From the IMG/VR virus record IMGVR_UViG_3300012352_000177: 64,000 nucleotides of DNA. The stretch is one strand, 5' to 3'. Shown here piece by piece: positions 8,660 through 16,200 of this stretch. The notes beneath the pieces are model-generated. The model had not been told where the DNA came from. It saw nothing but the letters and a program-made list of their open reading frames with translations, and searched no databases. Each line of letters starts with the position of its first letter. The stretch's first letter is position 1. The stretch comes from an uncultured virus (IMG/VR IMGVR_UViG_3300012352_000177) (taxonomy: Duplodnaviria; Heunggongvirae; Uroviricota; Caudoviricetes; Crassvirales). The translations under genes and the position numbers were made by a program.

Positions 8660-8684
8660 AGGGGGTCTATTAGGCCCCTTTTTT
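8660..8684 (+). terminator. intrinsic terminator
   Basis: GGGGGTCTA/TAGGCCCC hairpin plus T run. Confidence 0.75.
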
Positions 8685-8726
8685 ATTTTACTCATTTTAT
8701 TTTTTAGTATTGATTTTTATAGTTTC

Positions 8727-8903
8727 TGTCGATTATCGACATAATTATTGATTTTTATGTCGAGAGAATGTCGACTAACTTATTGATAATCAGTTAACTG
8801 TCGATAATGTCGATTTTTTCTTCAAATTCTAGTGGGAAAAAAAATATATATTATATAAAATATATATATATATATAGAGAAATTATTTTTGTCAAACGTC
8901 ATC
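8727..8903. repeat. TGTCGA iteron cluster plus AT-rich tract (origin-like, copy A)
   Basis: TGTCGA at 8727, 8758, 8769, 8799, 8808; (AT)n tract about 8840-8876. Confidence 0.55.
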
Positions 8904-8914
8904 CAAAACTTTTT

Positions 8915-9012
8915 TTTGTTTGTTTAGATAATAGTCTTATATTTGCAGTGCATACTTTTCGCATTTGGTTTGAAAGTGGGTTATCAGTTGAAAGCGGTAA
9001 CCCATTTTTATT
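8915..9012 (+). ncRNA. putative small RNA unit 1 (promoter-guide-hairpin)
   Basis: TTTG-N19-TATATTTG promoter, about 25-nt U-rich segment, 13-bp hairpin; no same-strand ORF. Confidence 0.5.
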
Positions 9013-9018
9013 TGTATA

Positions 9019-9103
9019 TTTGTTCGATATAAAATTTTATCTATTTTTACCATAATAGGTATTTGTGATTTGAAAGGGGAGCGGTCAGGCTCCCTTTTTT
9101 TTT
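9019..9103 (+). ncRNA. putative small RNA unit 2 (promoter-guide-terminator)
   Basis: TTTG-N19-TATTTTTA promoter, CATAATAGGTATTTGTGATTTG, GGGAGC/GCTCCC hairpin plus T9. Confidence 0.45.
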
Positions 9104-9305
9104 GCGACATACTTGCGACAAACATTTGCCAATATTTAAATTTATTGTCATATATACTAGATAAAATCGTTTTTATTCCGATTATCTTAATTGTTTTTAG
9201 CAACTTTCATGTATAATTAAGTGAATTTCCTTTACATTAAGTGTTTTTCACGTATAGTTTACCCTTATTTCTTTACATAAGTGTGGCATTGTGACAAATT
9301 TTTTA

Positions 9306-9313
9306 TATTTTTG
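9306..9313 (+). promoter_or_regulatory. sigmaA -7 box TATTTTTG for groEL
   Basis: 22 nt upstream of ATG 9336. Confidence 0.6.
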
Positions 9314-9335
9314 TGACGAATTAATTAAATCAAAT

Positions 9336-10946
9336 ATGCAAGGACAAGGTTATATGCCGAAGGATTTATTCTTCGAAGAGGAGGGAAGGAAGAAACTTAT
9401 CTCCGGAGTTAAGAAGATGGCTTCAGCTGTCAAGAGTACGTTGGGTCCCCATGGGAACACGGTACTAATCGAATCACCACACCACACTCACGGTATTACA
9501 GTCACTAAGGACGGGGTTACGGTAGCAAAGGCTATCGAGCTAATGGATCCTGTAGAGAACCTAGCGGTTAAGATGATGAAAGAGGCATCTGATCGTACTG
9601 CTACAACTGCAGGAGACGGGACAACTACGGCTATCGTGTTAACTGAGGCCATGGTATTGGGTGGTATGGAGCTAATCAAACCGGAGCACAACAGGACTCA
9701 GGTGTTACGACACATGACGGAGCTAAGTGACTTGATCGTTGATAGGCTTAAGAAGAAGAGCAAGAGAGTAACAACGGGTATGTTGGCTGACGTGGCTACG
9801 ATCAGTGCGAACAACGACCGTTCAATAGGTAAGATCATCGCAGACGTGTACAAGGACGTTGGAAAGACGGGCATTGTAACGGTGGAGAAGTCACAGTCTA
9901 CTAGCACATACGCAGAGACCACGGACGGACTACGTGTACAGAGGGGATACCTTTCGCCTATGTTCATTAATAATCAGGAGAAGGACGAGTGTATCTTAGA
10001 GGACACCCTTGTATTGGTAGCAGACATGGAGATCGGTAACATCCTACAGATAGAGTTGGTACTAAAGCCACTTATTCAGGAGGGGAAGAAGCTACTGATC
10101 ATCGCACCGTGCTCTACGAACATGACAAACACCTTAGCTGCGAACGTAGTTAAGAACGGACTAAAGATATGTGCTATCCAACCACCGAGCTTTGGGTACA
10201 AGCAGCACGAGCTGATGCAAGACATCGCGACAAGCGTGGGTGCTACCTACTTCAGCGAGAAGACGGGTGACGACTTGAGCCATATGACGTACGCTGACCT
10301 AGGTCACGCAGGAAAGGTGATCGTTGGACGAGACGAGACCATCATCATGACGAGTGATGTGAAGGCTGACCAAGAGCAGATCGATGAGAGAGTCGCTCAG
10401 TTGTGGAAGGCGAACGAGGCAGCTACCAAAAAGAACGACAAGGACTTCATATTGGAGAGAATTGCGTCATTAACAGGTGGAATTGGTGTAATATACGCAG
10501 GTGGTAACACAGACCTAGAGCAAAAGGAGCTATACGACAGGATTGATGACGCGGTATGCGCGGTACGTTCAGCCTTGGAGGAAGGAATTTTGCCGGGCGG
10601 TGGTAAGGCCTTGGGTGAGATCAACGTCTTTGAGGGCCTAGGCTTTGCAACTGACACGGATGAGAAGGTAATCGCGGCAAAGATCATGCAGTTGGCTGTA
10701 AATATGCCATTGATGCAGATCCTTAAGAACGCAGGCGTACCATTTGAGGACGTAGCGGACTGTATGGTAAACGATGGCTTTGGTTATAACGTGAAGACCG
10801 GTGAGAAGGGTGACCTAATCAAGATGGGAGTTATTGACCCGTTGAAGGTAACGAGAAGCGCACTTCAAAACGCGGTAAGTGTAGCGGTTACGATACTAAG
10901 TACTAACGCTATCGTCACGATGGCACGAACAATTGGAATAGAGTGA
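9336..10946 (+). CDS. groEL: chaperonin GroEL (Cpn60)
   Basis: TLGPHG, VTKDGVTVAK, AGDGTTTA, ALEEGILPGGG, GVIDPLKVTRSALQNAVSVA; start re-placed from GTG 9291 to ATG 9336; no GGM tail. Confidence 0.97.
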   Translation: MQGQGYMPKDLFFEEEGRKKLISGVKKMASAVKSTLGPHGNTVLIESPHHTHGITVTKDGVTVAKAIELMDPVENLAVKMMKEASDRTATTAGDGTTTAIVLTEAMVLGGMELIKPEHNRTQVLRHMTELSDLIVDRLKKKSKRVTTGMLADVATISANNDRSIGKIIADVYKDVGKTGIVTVEKSQSTSTYAETTDGLRVQRGYLSPMFINNQEKDECILEDTLVLVADMEIGNILQIELVLKPLIQEGKKLLIIAPCSTNMTNTLAANVVKNGLKICAIQPPSFGYKQHELMQDIATSVGATYFSEKTGDDLSHMTYADLGHAGKVIVGRDETIIMTSDVKADQEQIDERVAQLWKANEAATKKNDKDFILERIASLTGGIGVIYAGGNTDLEQKELYDRIDDAVCAVRSALEEGILPGGGKALGEINVFEGLGFATDTDEKVIAAKIMQLAVNMPLMQILKNAGVPFEDVADCMVNDGFGYNVKTGEKGDLIKMGVIDPLKVTRSALQNAVSVAVTILSTNAIVTMARTIGIE

Positions 10947-11188
10947 GACAGTTAATAGTTGATGCGTACCCGAACGAAACGTTTATGTTCGTATTGGGAT
11001 TCGATGAGGCAATAATCGGAGTGGAGCAGTTCACAATGAAGGTTGTTTACTCAGAGAAGAAGTGCATTGACATACTAAAGCAAAAGGGGTTAGACCCTAA
11101 GGTAGCTTTAGATCACTTTGAGTTTAATATAAAGTCGGCTTATATGGGAGATAAGACTCCCATATTTGTTGACGACATACTTCAATAA
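10943..11188 (+). CDS. conserved small phage protein
   Basis: GFDEAIIG...VVYS..KC...FEFNIKSAYMGDKTPIF; GTGA overlap with groEL. Confidence 0.75.
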   Translation: MRQLIVDAYPNETFMFVLGFDEAIIGVEQFTMKVVYSEKKCIDILKQKGLDPKVALDHFEFNIKSAYMGDKTPIFVDDILQ

Positions 11189-11189
11189 C

Positions 11190-11209
11190 ATGAAAGCAAT
11201 CGGAAAGAA
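11190..11209 (+). pseudogene. orphaned original 5' end of groES (MKAIGK)
   Basis: ATGAAAGCAATCGGAAAGAA versus groES ATGCGTGCAATCGGCAAAAA. Confidence 0.6.
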
Positions 11210-11230
11210 AAAAAATCTTATCTTTGCTAA

Positions 11231-11926
11231 ATGGAAAATAAAAAAGTAGTATATCTTCATAGGAAAAATACAGATAATTCTGTTTTTTATGTAGGAATGG
11301 GTAATTTGGCGCGTGCATATTCTAAACAAAGATCAAAATGGTGGAATAGCGTAGTAAGTAAACACGGATATACTATTGAAATATTCAAAGAAGGATTAAC
11401 ATTAGAAGAGGCTTGTCAATTAGAGATAGAACTTATTGAAAAATATGGTAGAATAGATTTAAATAATGGACAACTTATAAATCAAACAAAAGGAGGAATT
11501 ACTGTAGAGGCAATGTCTGAAAAAGGTTTAAATAAAAAAATTAAGTCTTTAAAATCTGTAGCAAGAACAGATGAATGGAAAGAAAAAATATCTAAAGCAC
11601 TAAAAGGAAAGGTAAAAAGCAAGGAATGGAGAGAGAAAATAGCTAAAACATTAACAGGAAGTAAGTTATCTGAAGCTACTAAAGAAAAAATGAGATTATC
11701 TAATAAATCAAAAATAGTAAGCGCAAGACCTATTTCTTGTTATGATTATTATTCATCTGAATTCATTGGTAATTTTCCTTCTTTAAGACAAGCTGCAAAA
11801 GATTTAGGTTGTTTGGAAACTTCTATAGCAAATAATATTGCTAAAAGAAGTAAAAAAGTAAATAGTAAAATATTAAACAAAAAATTAAAATTCAATTACA
11901 TATGCGTGCAATCGGCAAAAATATAG
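11231..11926 (+). mobile_element. free-standing GIY-YIG homing endonuclease with NUMOD3 and NUMOD1-like domains
   Basis: VYLH...FYVGMG...R...E...LINQTKGG; EWKEKISKALKG-type repeats; FPSLRQAAKDLG; much more AT-rich than flanks; own TATCTTTG at 11219-11226. Confidence 0.85.
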
Positions 11927-12159
11927 TAATCAAGACAGTAGACGAAGAGATCAAGACTGCATCAGGTCTATTACTGTCAGGAGAGGACTCCAATCAGATG
12001 CGTTACAAGAAGGCTATCGTTGCGGTAGCAGGAACGGACGTGAAAGCAATCGAGACAGGTGACTACATCTACTACGACAAGTCAAATAGCTTTACTATGG
12101 TCATCAACGATGAGCAGTATACAATCATTAACGAAAGGGATGTGGTAGTTGTGCTATAG
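11902..12159 (+). CDS. groES: co-chaperonin GroES
   Basis: KTASGLLL mobile loop, VAVAGTDV, GDYIYY and INERDVVVV. Confidence 0.9.
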   Translation: MRAIGKNIVIKTVDEEIKTASGLLLSGEDSNQMRYKKAIVAVAGTDVKAIETGDYIYYDKSNSFTMVINDEQYTIINERDVVVVL

Positions 12160-12164
12160 TGCAA

Positions 12165-12611
12165 CTACTCCTCCATCTCCTTTTTCAACTTGTTGGCTTT
12201 AATCTCCTCATTCATTGAGATGATCATATTGCGATATACCTTATCGCTGTAGCTAACGTTCCTTTTAAACATAGGGTTAAAGTTCTCGTGTGTTGCAATC
12301 TCCTCACCGTTGAGCTTCTTATAGACAACTTCTAACATCTTTCTAGTCTTCTGTGGCAAGTGGTATAGGTTCTTACGAGGACCACTACCTTTACGGAAGA
12401 CTTGGATCCAACCATCACGTAGTAAGTTGTCAAAGCGGTTCTTGTTCCAAGGGAACACTTGATTGAACTCAAGGAACCTGTCTTTATCAAAGTAGCTCTC
12501 TGACTTGAGGAAGAGGAGCATCTCTAGTTCAGCCTGTGTTATACCGTACTTGGCCTTGATATAATACTTTACTATACGCCAATATTTTAGGTAGTCGTTC
12601 TTTTTTTCCAT
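12165..12611 (-). CDS. winged-helix (MarR-like) DNA-binding protein
   Basis: ITQAELEMLLFL...LLRDGWI...LYHL; lone reverse gene in the rightward arm. Confidence 0.6.
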   Translation of the reverse strand: MEKKNDYLKYWRIVKYYIKAKYGITQAELEMLLFLKSESYFDKDRFLEFNQVFPWNKNRFDNLLRDGWIQVFRKGSGPRKNLYHLPQKTRKMLEVVYKKLNGEEIATHENFNPMFKRNVSYSDKVYRNMIISMNEEIKANKLKKEMEE

Positions 12612-12625
12612 TAGATTTAATTTAT

Positions 12626-12633
12626 TACTTTTG
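12626..12633 (+). promoter_or_regulatory. sigmaA -7 box TACTTTTG
   Basis: heads the basic small-protein cluster. Confidence 0.6.
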
Positions 12634-12659
12634 TAAAGTTAACTAATAAAAAATAGACA

Positions 12660-12884
12660 ATGGCAATGAAAGACTATAATAGCATCAATTTTAAGAATAG
12701 TGCTATTGACAGAATGAGTGGTAGTTTTGGTAAGGTTGATGAACCTACAGACAGAAAAAAAAATAGACTAATGAAGAAAGCAGATAAGATGGTTAAATCT
12801 GCTATGGAGGAAGCTCAAAGTTTACGTCCTAAAACAGGAGTAGACGCTATTAGAGAAGCAGCAAATAAAAGTAAAAAATCGTAA
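12660..12884 (+). CDS. small basic protein
   Basis: Lys/Arg-rich, 74 aa. Confidence 0.6.
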   Translation: MAMKDYNSINFKNSAIDRMSGSFGKVDEPTDRKKNRLMKKADKMVKSAMEEAQSLRPKTGVDAIREAANKSKKS

Positions 12885-12902
12885 CAAATAAACAAATATA
12901 CA

Positions 12903-13040
12903 ATGGCAACAAAAGCAACACCAAACTTACCGGCAGCTTCAAGATTGAAAGGACCTGCTACAGCTACTAAATCGGCAGTTAAGCCTAAAGGAGCTATGGG
13001 TAAACCTGCTAAAAAAATGATGGGCAAAAAAGCTTGTTAA
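12903..13040 (+). CDS. small Lys/Ala/Pro-rich protein (45 aa)
   Basis: manual translation MATKATPNLPAASRLKG...KKMMGKKAC. Confidence 0.65.
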   Translation: MATKATPNLPAASRLKGPATATKSAVKPKGAMGKPAKKMMGKKAC

Positions 13041-13043
13041 GAA

Positions 13044-13199
13044 ATGGCAAAGCAAATGCTTAAAAGAAAAGACGGTAGTTATTCCCAAAGGGGACTTTGG
13101 GATAACATCCGTGACAACAAAGGTTCCAAAAAGAAACCTACTGAAGCAATGCTTAAGCAGGAGAAGAAGATTAAGGCATCTACTAAAAAGAAGGGGTAA
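13044..13199 (+). CDS. small basic protein (51 aa)
   Basis: manual translation MAKQMLKRKDGSYSQRGLWDNIR...KKKG; TAATG coupling. Confidence 0.7.
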   Translation: MAKQMLKRKDGSYSQRGLWDNIRDNKGSKKKPTEAMLKQEKKIKASTKKKG

Positions 13200-13450
13200 T
13201 GGCAAAGAAAGTATCTTTATCAATTGGTAGAGGTGAGAAATCGAAGACAGGTGGACTTACACAGAAGGGTATTAACAAGTACAATAGTGCCACCGGATCG
13301 AAGCTCAAGATGGCTGTTACAACAAAGCCTTCTAAGCTTGACCCTGATAGCAAGGATGCTAAGAGACGTAAGTCTTTTTGCGCTCGAATGTCAGGTGTAA
13401 AGGGTCCTATGAAGGACGAGAAGGGTAGGCCTACTAGAAAGGCATTGGCT
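13199..13450 (+). CDS. basic phage protein (DUF6321-like)
   Basis: GGLTQKG...RRKSFCARMSG...LNKWNC; by my reading the stop TAA is at about 13469-13471 as in the ORF track, core shown here. Confidence 0.6.
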
Positions 13451-13482
13451 CTTAATAAATGGAACTGTTAAAAATAAATATT

Positions 13483-13659
13483 ATGATGAATAGAGAATTC
13501 CCATTAGCACCTACTGACTTTGGAGACAAAGAGACAAGGATGAAGAGAAGAGCTGCTAGAAAAGAGAACAGAGAGATCACTAAGGCTGAGAGAAAGATCA
13601 AGAAAAGCACAGGTCTTGAGTACGAGCCTAAGGTTAGAAAACGCGACATGAGACCATGA
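13483..13659 (+). CDS. small basic protein
   Basis: REFPLAPT; Arg/Lys-rich; start uncertain. Confidence 0.55.
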   Translation: MMNREFPLAPTDFGDKETRMKRRAARKENREITKAERKIKKSTGLEYEPKVRKRDMRP

Positions 13660-13775
13660 AGAAGATAATTAAGAAGGCTGCTAAGTACGAGTCTAAAAAA
13701 TCTTTAGAAGGACCTATGAAATTTCTAAAGGGAAACGTAGGTAAGGTTGTTAAGCCTAAAAATAAACTAAAATAA
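13656..13775 (+). CDS. small Lys-rich protein (39 aa)
   Basis: manual translation MKKIIKKAAKYESKKSLEGPMKFLKG; ATGA coupling. Confidence 0.6.
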   Translation: MKKIIKKAAKYESKKSLEGPMKFLKGNVGKVVKPKNKLK

Positions 13776-13791
13776 TACCTATCTTTGTGAC

Positions 13792-14019
13792 ATGGAATCA
13801 AATTTAAGAACAGTTGTTACAGGCGTAAGGCGAGACAGCATTGGATTAGGAGATACCATTGAGAAGTTTACAAAGGCAACAGGCATAAAGAAGTTTGTTG
13901 ACACGGTCTCAGATTTAACGGGAGTTGACTGCGGATGTTCTGCAAGAAAGGATGCATTAAACGAACCAAACATATTAGTAAATAAATTATTTTATAACAA
14001 TAAAAATAAAGACAAATGA
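13792..14019 (+). CDS. small protein with DCGC motif
   Basis: GLGDTIEKFTKATGIK...DCGCSARKDALN; TATCTTTG at 13780-13787. Confidence 0.75.
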   Translation: MESNLRTVVTGVRRDSIGLGDTIEKFTKATGIKKFVDTVSDLTGVDCGCSARKDALNEPNILVNKLFYNNKNKDK

Positions 14020-14942
14020 GTCAGATAAATGTAAATAATGTACTTCCTTTATCGGGTGCATTTGTAAATGTAAATGGGATTGTAGCAAAAGAAGTTGTTA
14101 ATGGTCCTTTCGTATTATACGGTGGTACTGCATACAATGCAAATACATCAACAGGAGTACTAACAACAATCATTGGTACAGGTGCAATGTTAAATAGCAC
14201 AGGAGCAAATAATACAGCTATTGGGGCAAATGCTTTAAGAAATAACACTATAGGTACAGATAATTTAGCTATTGGTCCTGATGCAATGGTAGATAATACT
14301 ACAGGTACAACAAATGTTGCAATTGGGGCTTCTTCTTTACAGAATAATGTCAATGGGTATAATAATACAGCAGTTGGTGTTGAGGCATTAAGTAGTAATA
14401 TAAGTGGTTATGAGAATGTGTGTTTAGGTGGTGATTCAGGATTCTCTATAACAACAGGAAATTACAATGTTATTGTTGGTACTGCATCAGGTGCATTTTT
14501 AACAACGGGAAGTAATAATGTTTGTTTAGGTGATGACACTCAGGTACCAACAGCTACTACAAGTAACTCAATTACACTTGGTAATACAGCTCACACAGTA
14601 CTACGTTGTAATGTTACATCTATTACATCATTGTCTGATGCAAGAGATAAGAAAGATGTAGCTCCAATTGAATTAGGTCTTGACTTTGTAAAAGAACTTA
14701 ATCCTGTTAAATTTGTATGGGATGACCGCAACGAGAAAGGAAGACACGATGTAGCTGATTCAGGATTTATCGCGCAAGACTTAAAAGAACTTGAGGATAA
14801 GTATGAGGCTGCTGACGTATTGAAATTAGTATACGATGAGAACCCTGAGAAATTGGAAGCATCTTACGGAAGATTAATCCCTGTATTAGTGCAAGCTATA
14901 AAAGATTTAGCTGCTAAAGTAGAAACATTAGAAAATAAATAA
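14016..14942 (+). CDS. tail fibre/spike with C-terminal peptidase S74 chaperone
   Basis: NTAIG repeats; SDARDKKDV...GFIAQDL...LVQAIKDL. Confidence 0.85.
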   Translation: MSQINVNNVLPLSGAFVNVNGIVAKEVVNGPFVLYGGTAYNANTSTGVLTTIIGTGAMLNSTGANNTAIGANALRNNTIGTDNLAIGPDAMVDNTTGTTNVAIGASSLQNNVNGYNNTAVGVEALSSNISGYENVCLGGDSGFSITTGNYNVIVGTASGAFLTTGSNNVCLGDDTQVPTATTSNSITLGNTAHTVLRCNVTSITSLSDARDKKDVAPIELGLDFVKELNPVKFVWDDRNEKGRHDVADSGFIAQDLKELEDKYEAADVLKLVYDENPEKLEASYGRLIPVLVQAIKDLAAKVETLENK

Positions 14943-14944
14943 TT

Positions 14945-15817
14945 ATGAGTCAGATAAACGTAAACGTAGTAGCACCATTTAGTGCTCAAGTAGTGGATGT
15001 GAATGGTGTAAAATTCGATGGTAATTCAACATCACTTCAAATAAGTAATAATAATAACCCTGTAACAGCAACTAATTCATTGTTTGTTGGTTCTTCAACA
15101 GGATTTTCAGTTACAGGAGAGGGTAATACAGCACTTGGTTATTTTGCAGGATATGATTTAACATCAGGTACGCAAAATACTTTAGTTGGTAAAAATGCAG
15201 GACAAAATATTAATACAGGAGCTTCTAATACTTGTGTTGGAGTTGATGCAGGTGAATTAATTACAACAGGTCAAGCAAATGTATTGATTGGTCATAATGC
15301 AGGATCAACTGTTACAACCGGTAATTCAAATGTATTCATTGGGCCTAGTGCAGGTTCAGGGATATCAAATATTACAGGACAAGGTAATGTTTGTATTGGA
15401 GGTGGAGGTGGAGTAAATCCTTCATCTGCTTCAGCTCAATTTGAAATTACACTTGGTAATTCATTTACTACAGCATTACGTTGTGCTCAAACAACTATCA
15501 CATCATTGTCTGATGCAAGAGATAAGAAAGATGTAGCTGATCTACGTGTAGGTTTAGATTTTATCAATGGACTTCGTCCTGTAGAGTTCGTTTGGGATGA
15601 CCGTGATAAAGAAGGAAGACATGACGTTGCTGACTTTGGATTTATTGCGCAAGACCTTAAGGCTGCACAAGAGGATGCTGACATGGCAGATATTCTTAAG
15701 CTTGTTTACGAGTCTAATCCTGAAAAATTAGAGGCATCATACGGTAAACTTTTACCAATCATGGTTAAGGCTATTCAAGAGTTATCAAAAGAACTTAATG
15801 AATTAAAAAATAAATAA
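14945..15817 (+). CDS. tail fibre/spike with C-terminal peptidase S74 chaperone (paralog)
   Basis: same MSQINVN start and SDARDKKDV domain. Confidence 0.85.
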   Translation: MSQINVNVVAPFSAQVVDVNGVKFDGNSTSLQISNNNNPVTATNSLFVGSSTGFSVTGEGNTALGYFAGYDLTSGTQNTLVGKNAGQNINTGASNTCVGVDAGELITTGQANVLIGHNAGSTVTTGNSNVFIGPSAGSGISNITGQGNVCIGGGGGVNPSSASAQFEITLGNSFTTALRCAQTTITSLSDARDKKDVADLRVGLDFINGLRPVEFVWDDRDKEGRHDVADFGFIAQDLKAAQEDADMADILKLVYESNPEKLEASYGKLLPIMVKAIQELSKELNELKNK

Positions 15818-15819
15818 TT

Positions 15820-16110
15820 ATGGCAACAATCGCACCGGGTACCCAATTTATAGGCTTAGCTCCTACGTATCAAATACGTGAGCTAAGATCAAAGATTATT
15901 AACAACGAGTCAGAGCCTTTTACAATTGAAGACATCGCAACTGCAGCAGGCGGAACAGGTATTGAAGCAAATGGATTTACAATCGTAGGCCCGTTGATGG
16001 CAAATATCACACTTCCTGAGAATTCAACTGTAAACTTTACAGGACCTCTATCAATGGGAGCAGGTTATGTATTAACAGTGCCTTCAAATACTACACTAAA
16101 TATTTTATAG
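15820..16110 (+). CDS. small virion/fibre-associated protein
   Basis: N-terminus paralogous to ORF 16196 (TQFIG...EP.T..DI). Confidence 0.65.
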   Translation: MATIAPGTQFIGLAPTYQIRELRSKIINNESEPFTIEDIATAAGGTGIEANGFTIVGPLMANITLPENSTVNFTGPLSMGAGYVLTVPSNTTLNIL

Positions 16111-16132
16111 TATTTAAATAGACAATAATCAA

Positions 16133-16200
16133 AGCCACCTTAATCGGTGGCTTTTTTGTTTTAAAATAATAATTATATTTGTAAAAAAAAAAGACATGGC
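16133..16200 (+). repeat. terminator-promoter-start block, copy 1
   Basis: AGCCACCTTAATCGGTGGCTTTTTTGTTTTAAAATA..TATATTTG..AAGACATGGC. Confidence 0.8.

Noticed and set aside
8727..8813. CRISPR array
   Set aside because: Repeats are 6 nt with irregular short spacing; no cas genes
8186..9203. ORFs 8186-8617(-), 8807-9055(+) and 8937-9203(-)
   Set aside because: Antisense to a real gene or running over AT tracts, promoters and hairpins; composition is implausible
9291..9335. GTG start for GroEL
   Set aside because: It spans the promoter box; ATG 9336 has the typical AAATCAAAT leader
11190..11926. Group I intron or ribosomal bypass in groES
   Set aside because: The insert is almost entirely ORF with no room for a ribozyme core, and groES has a complete second start downstream
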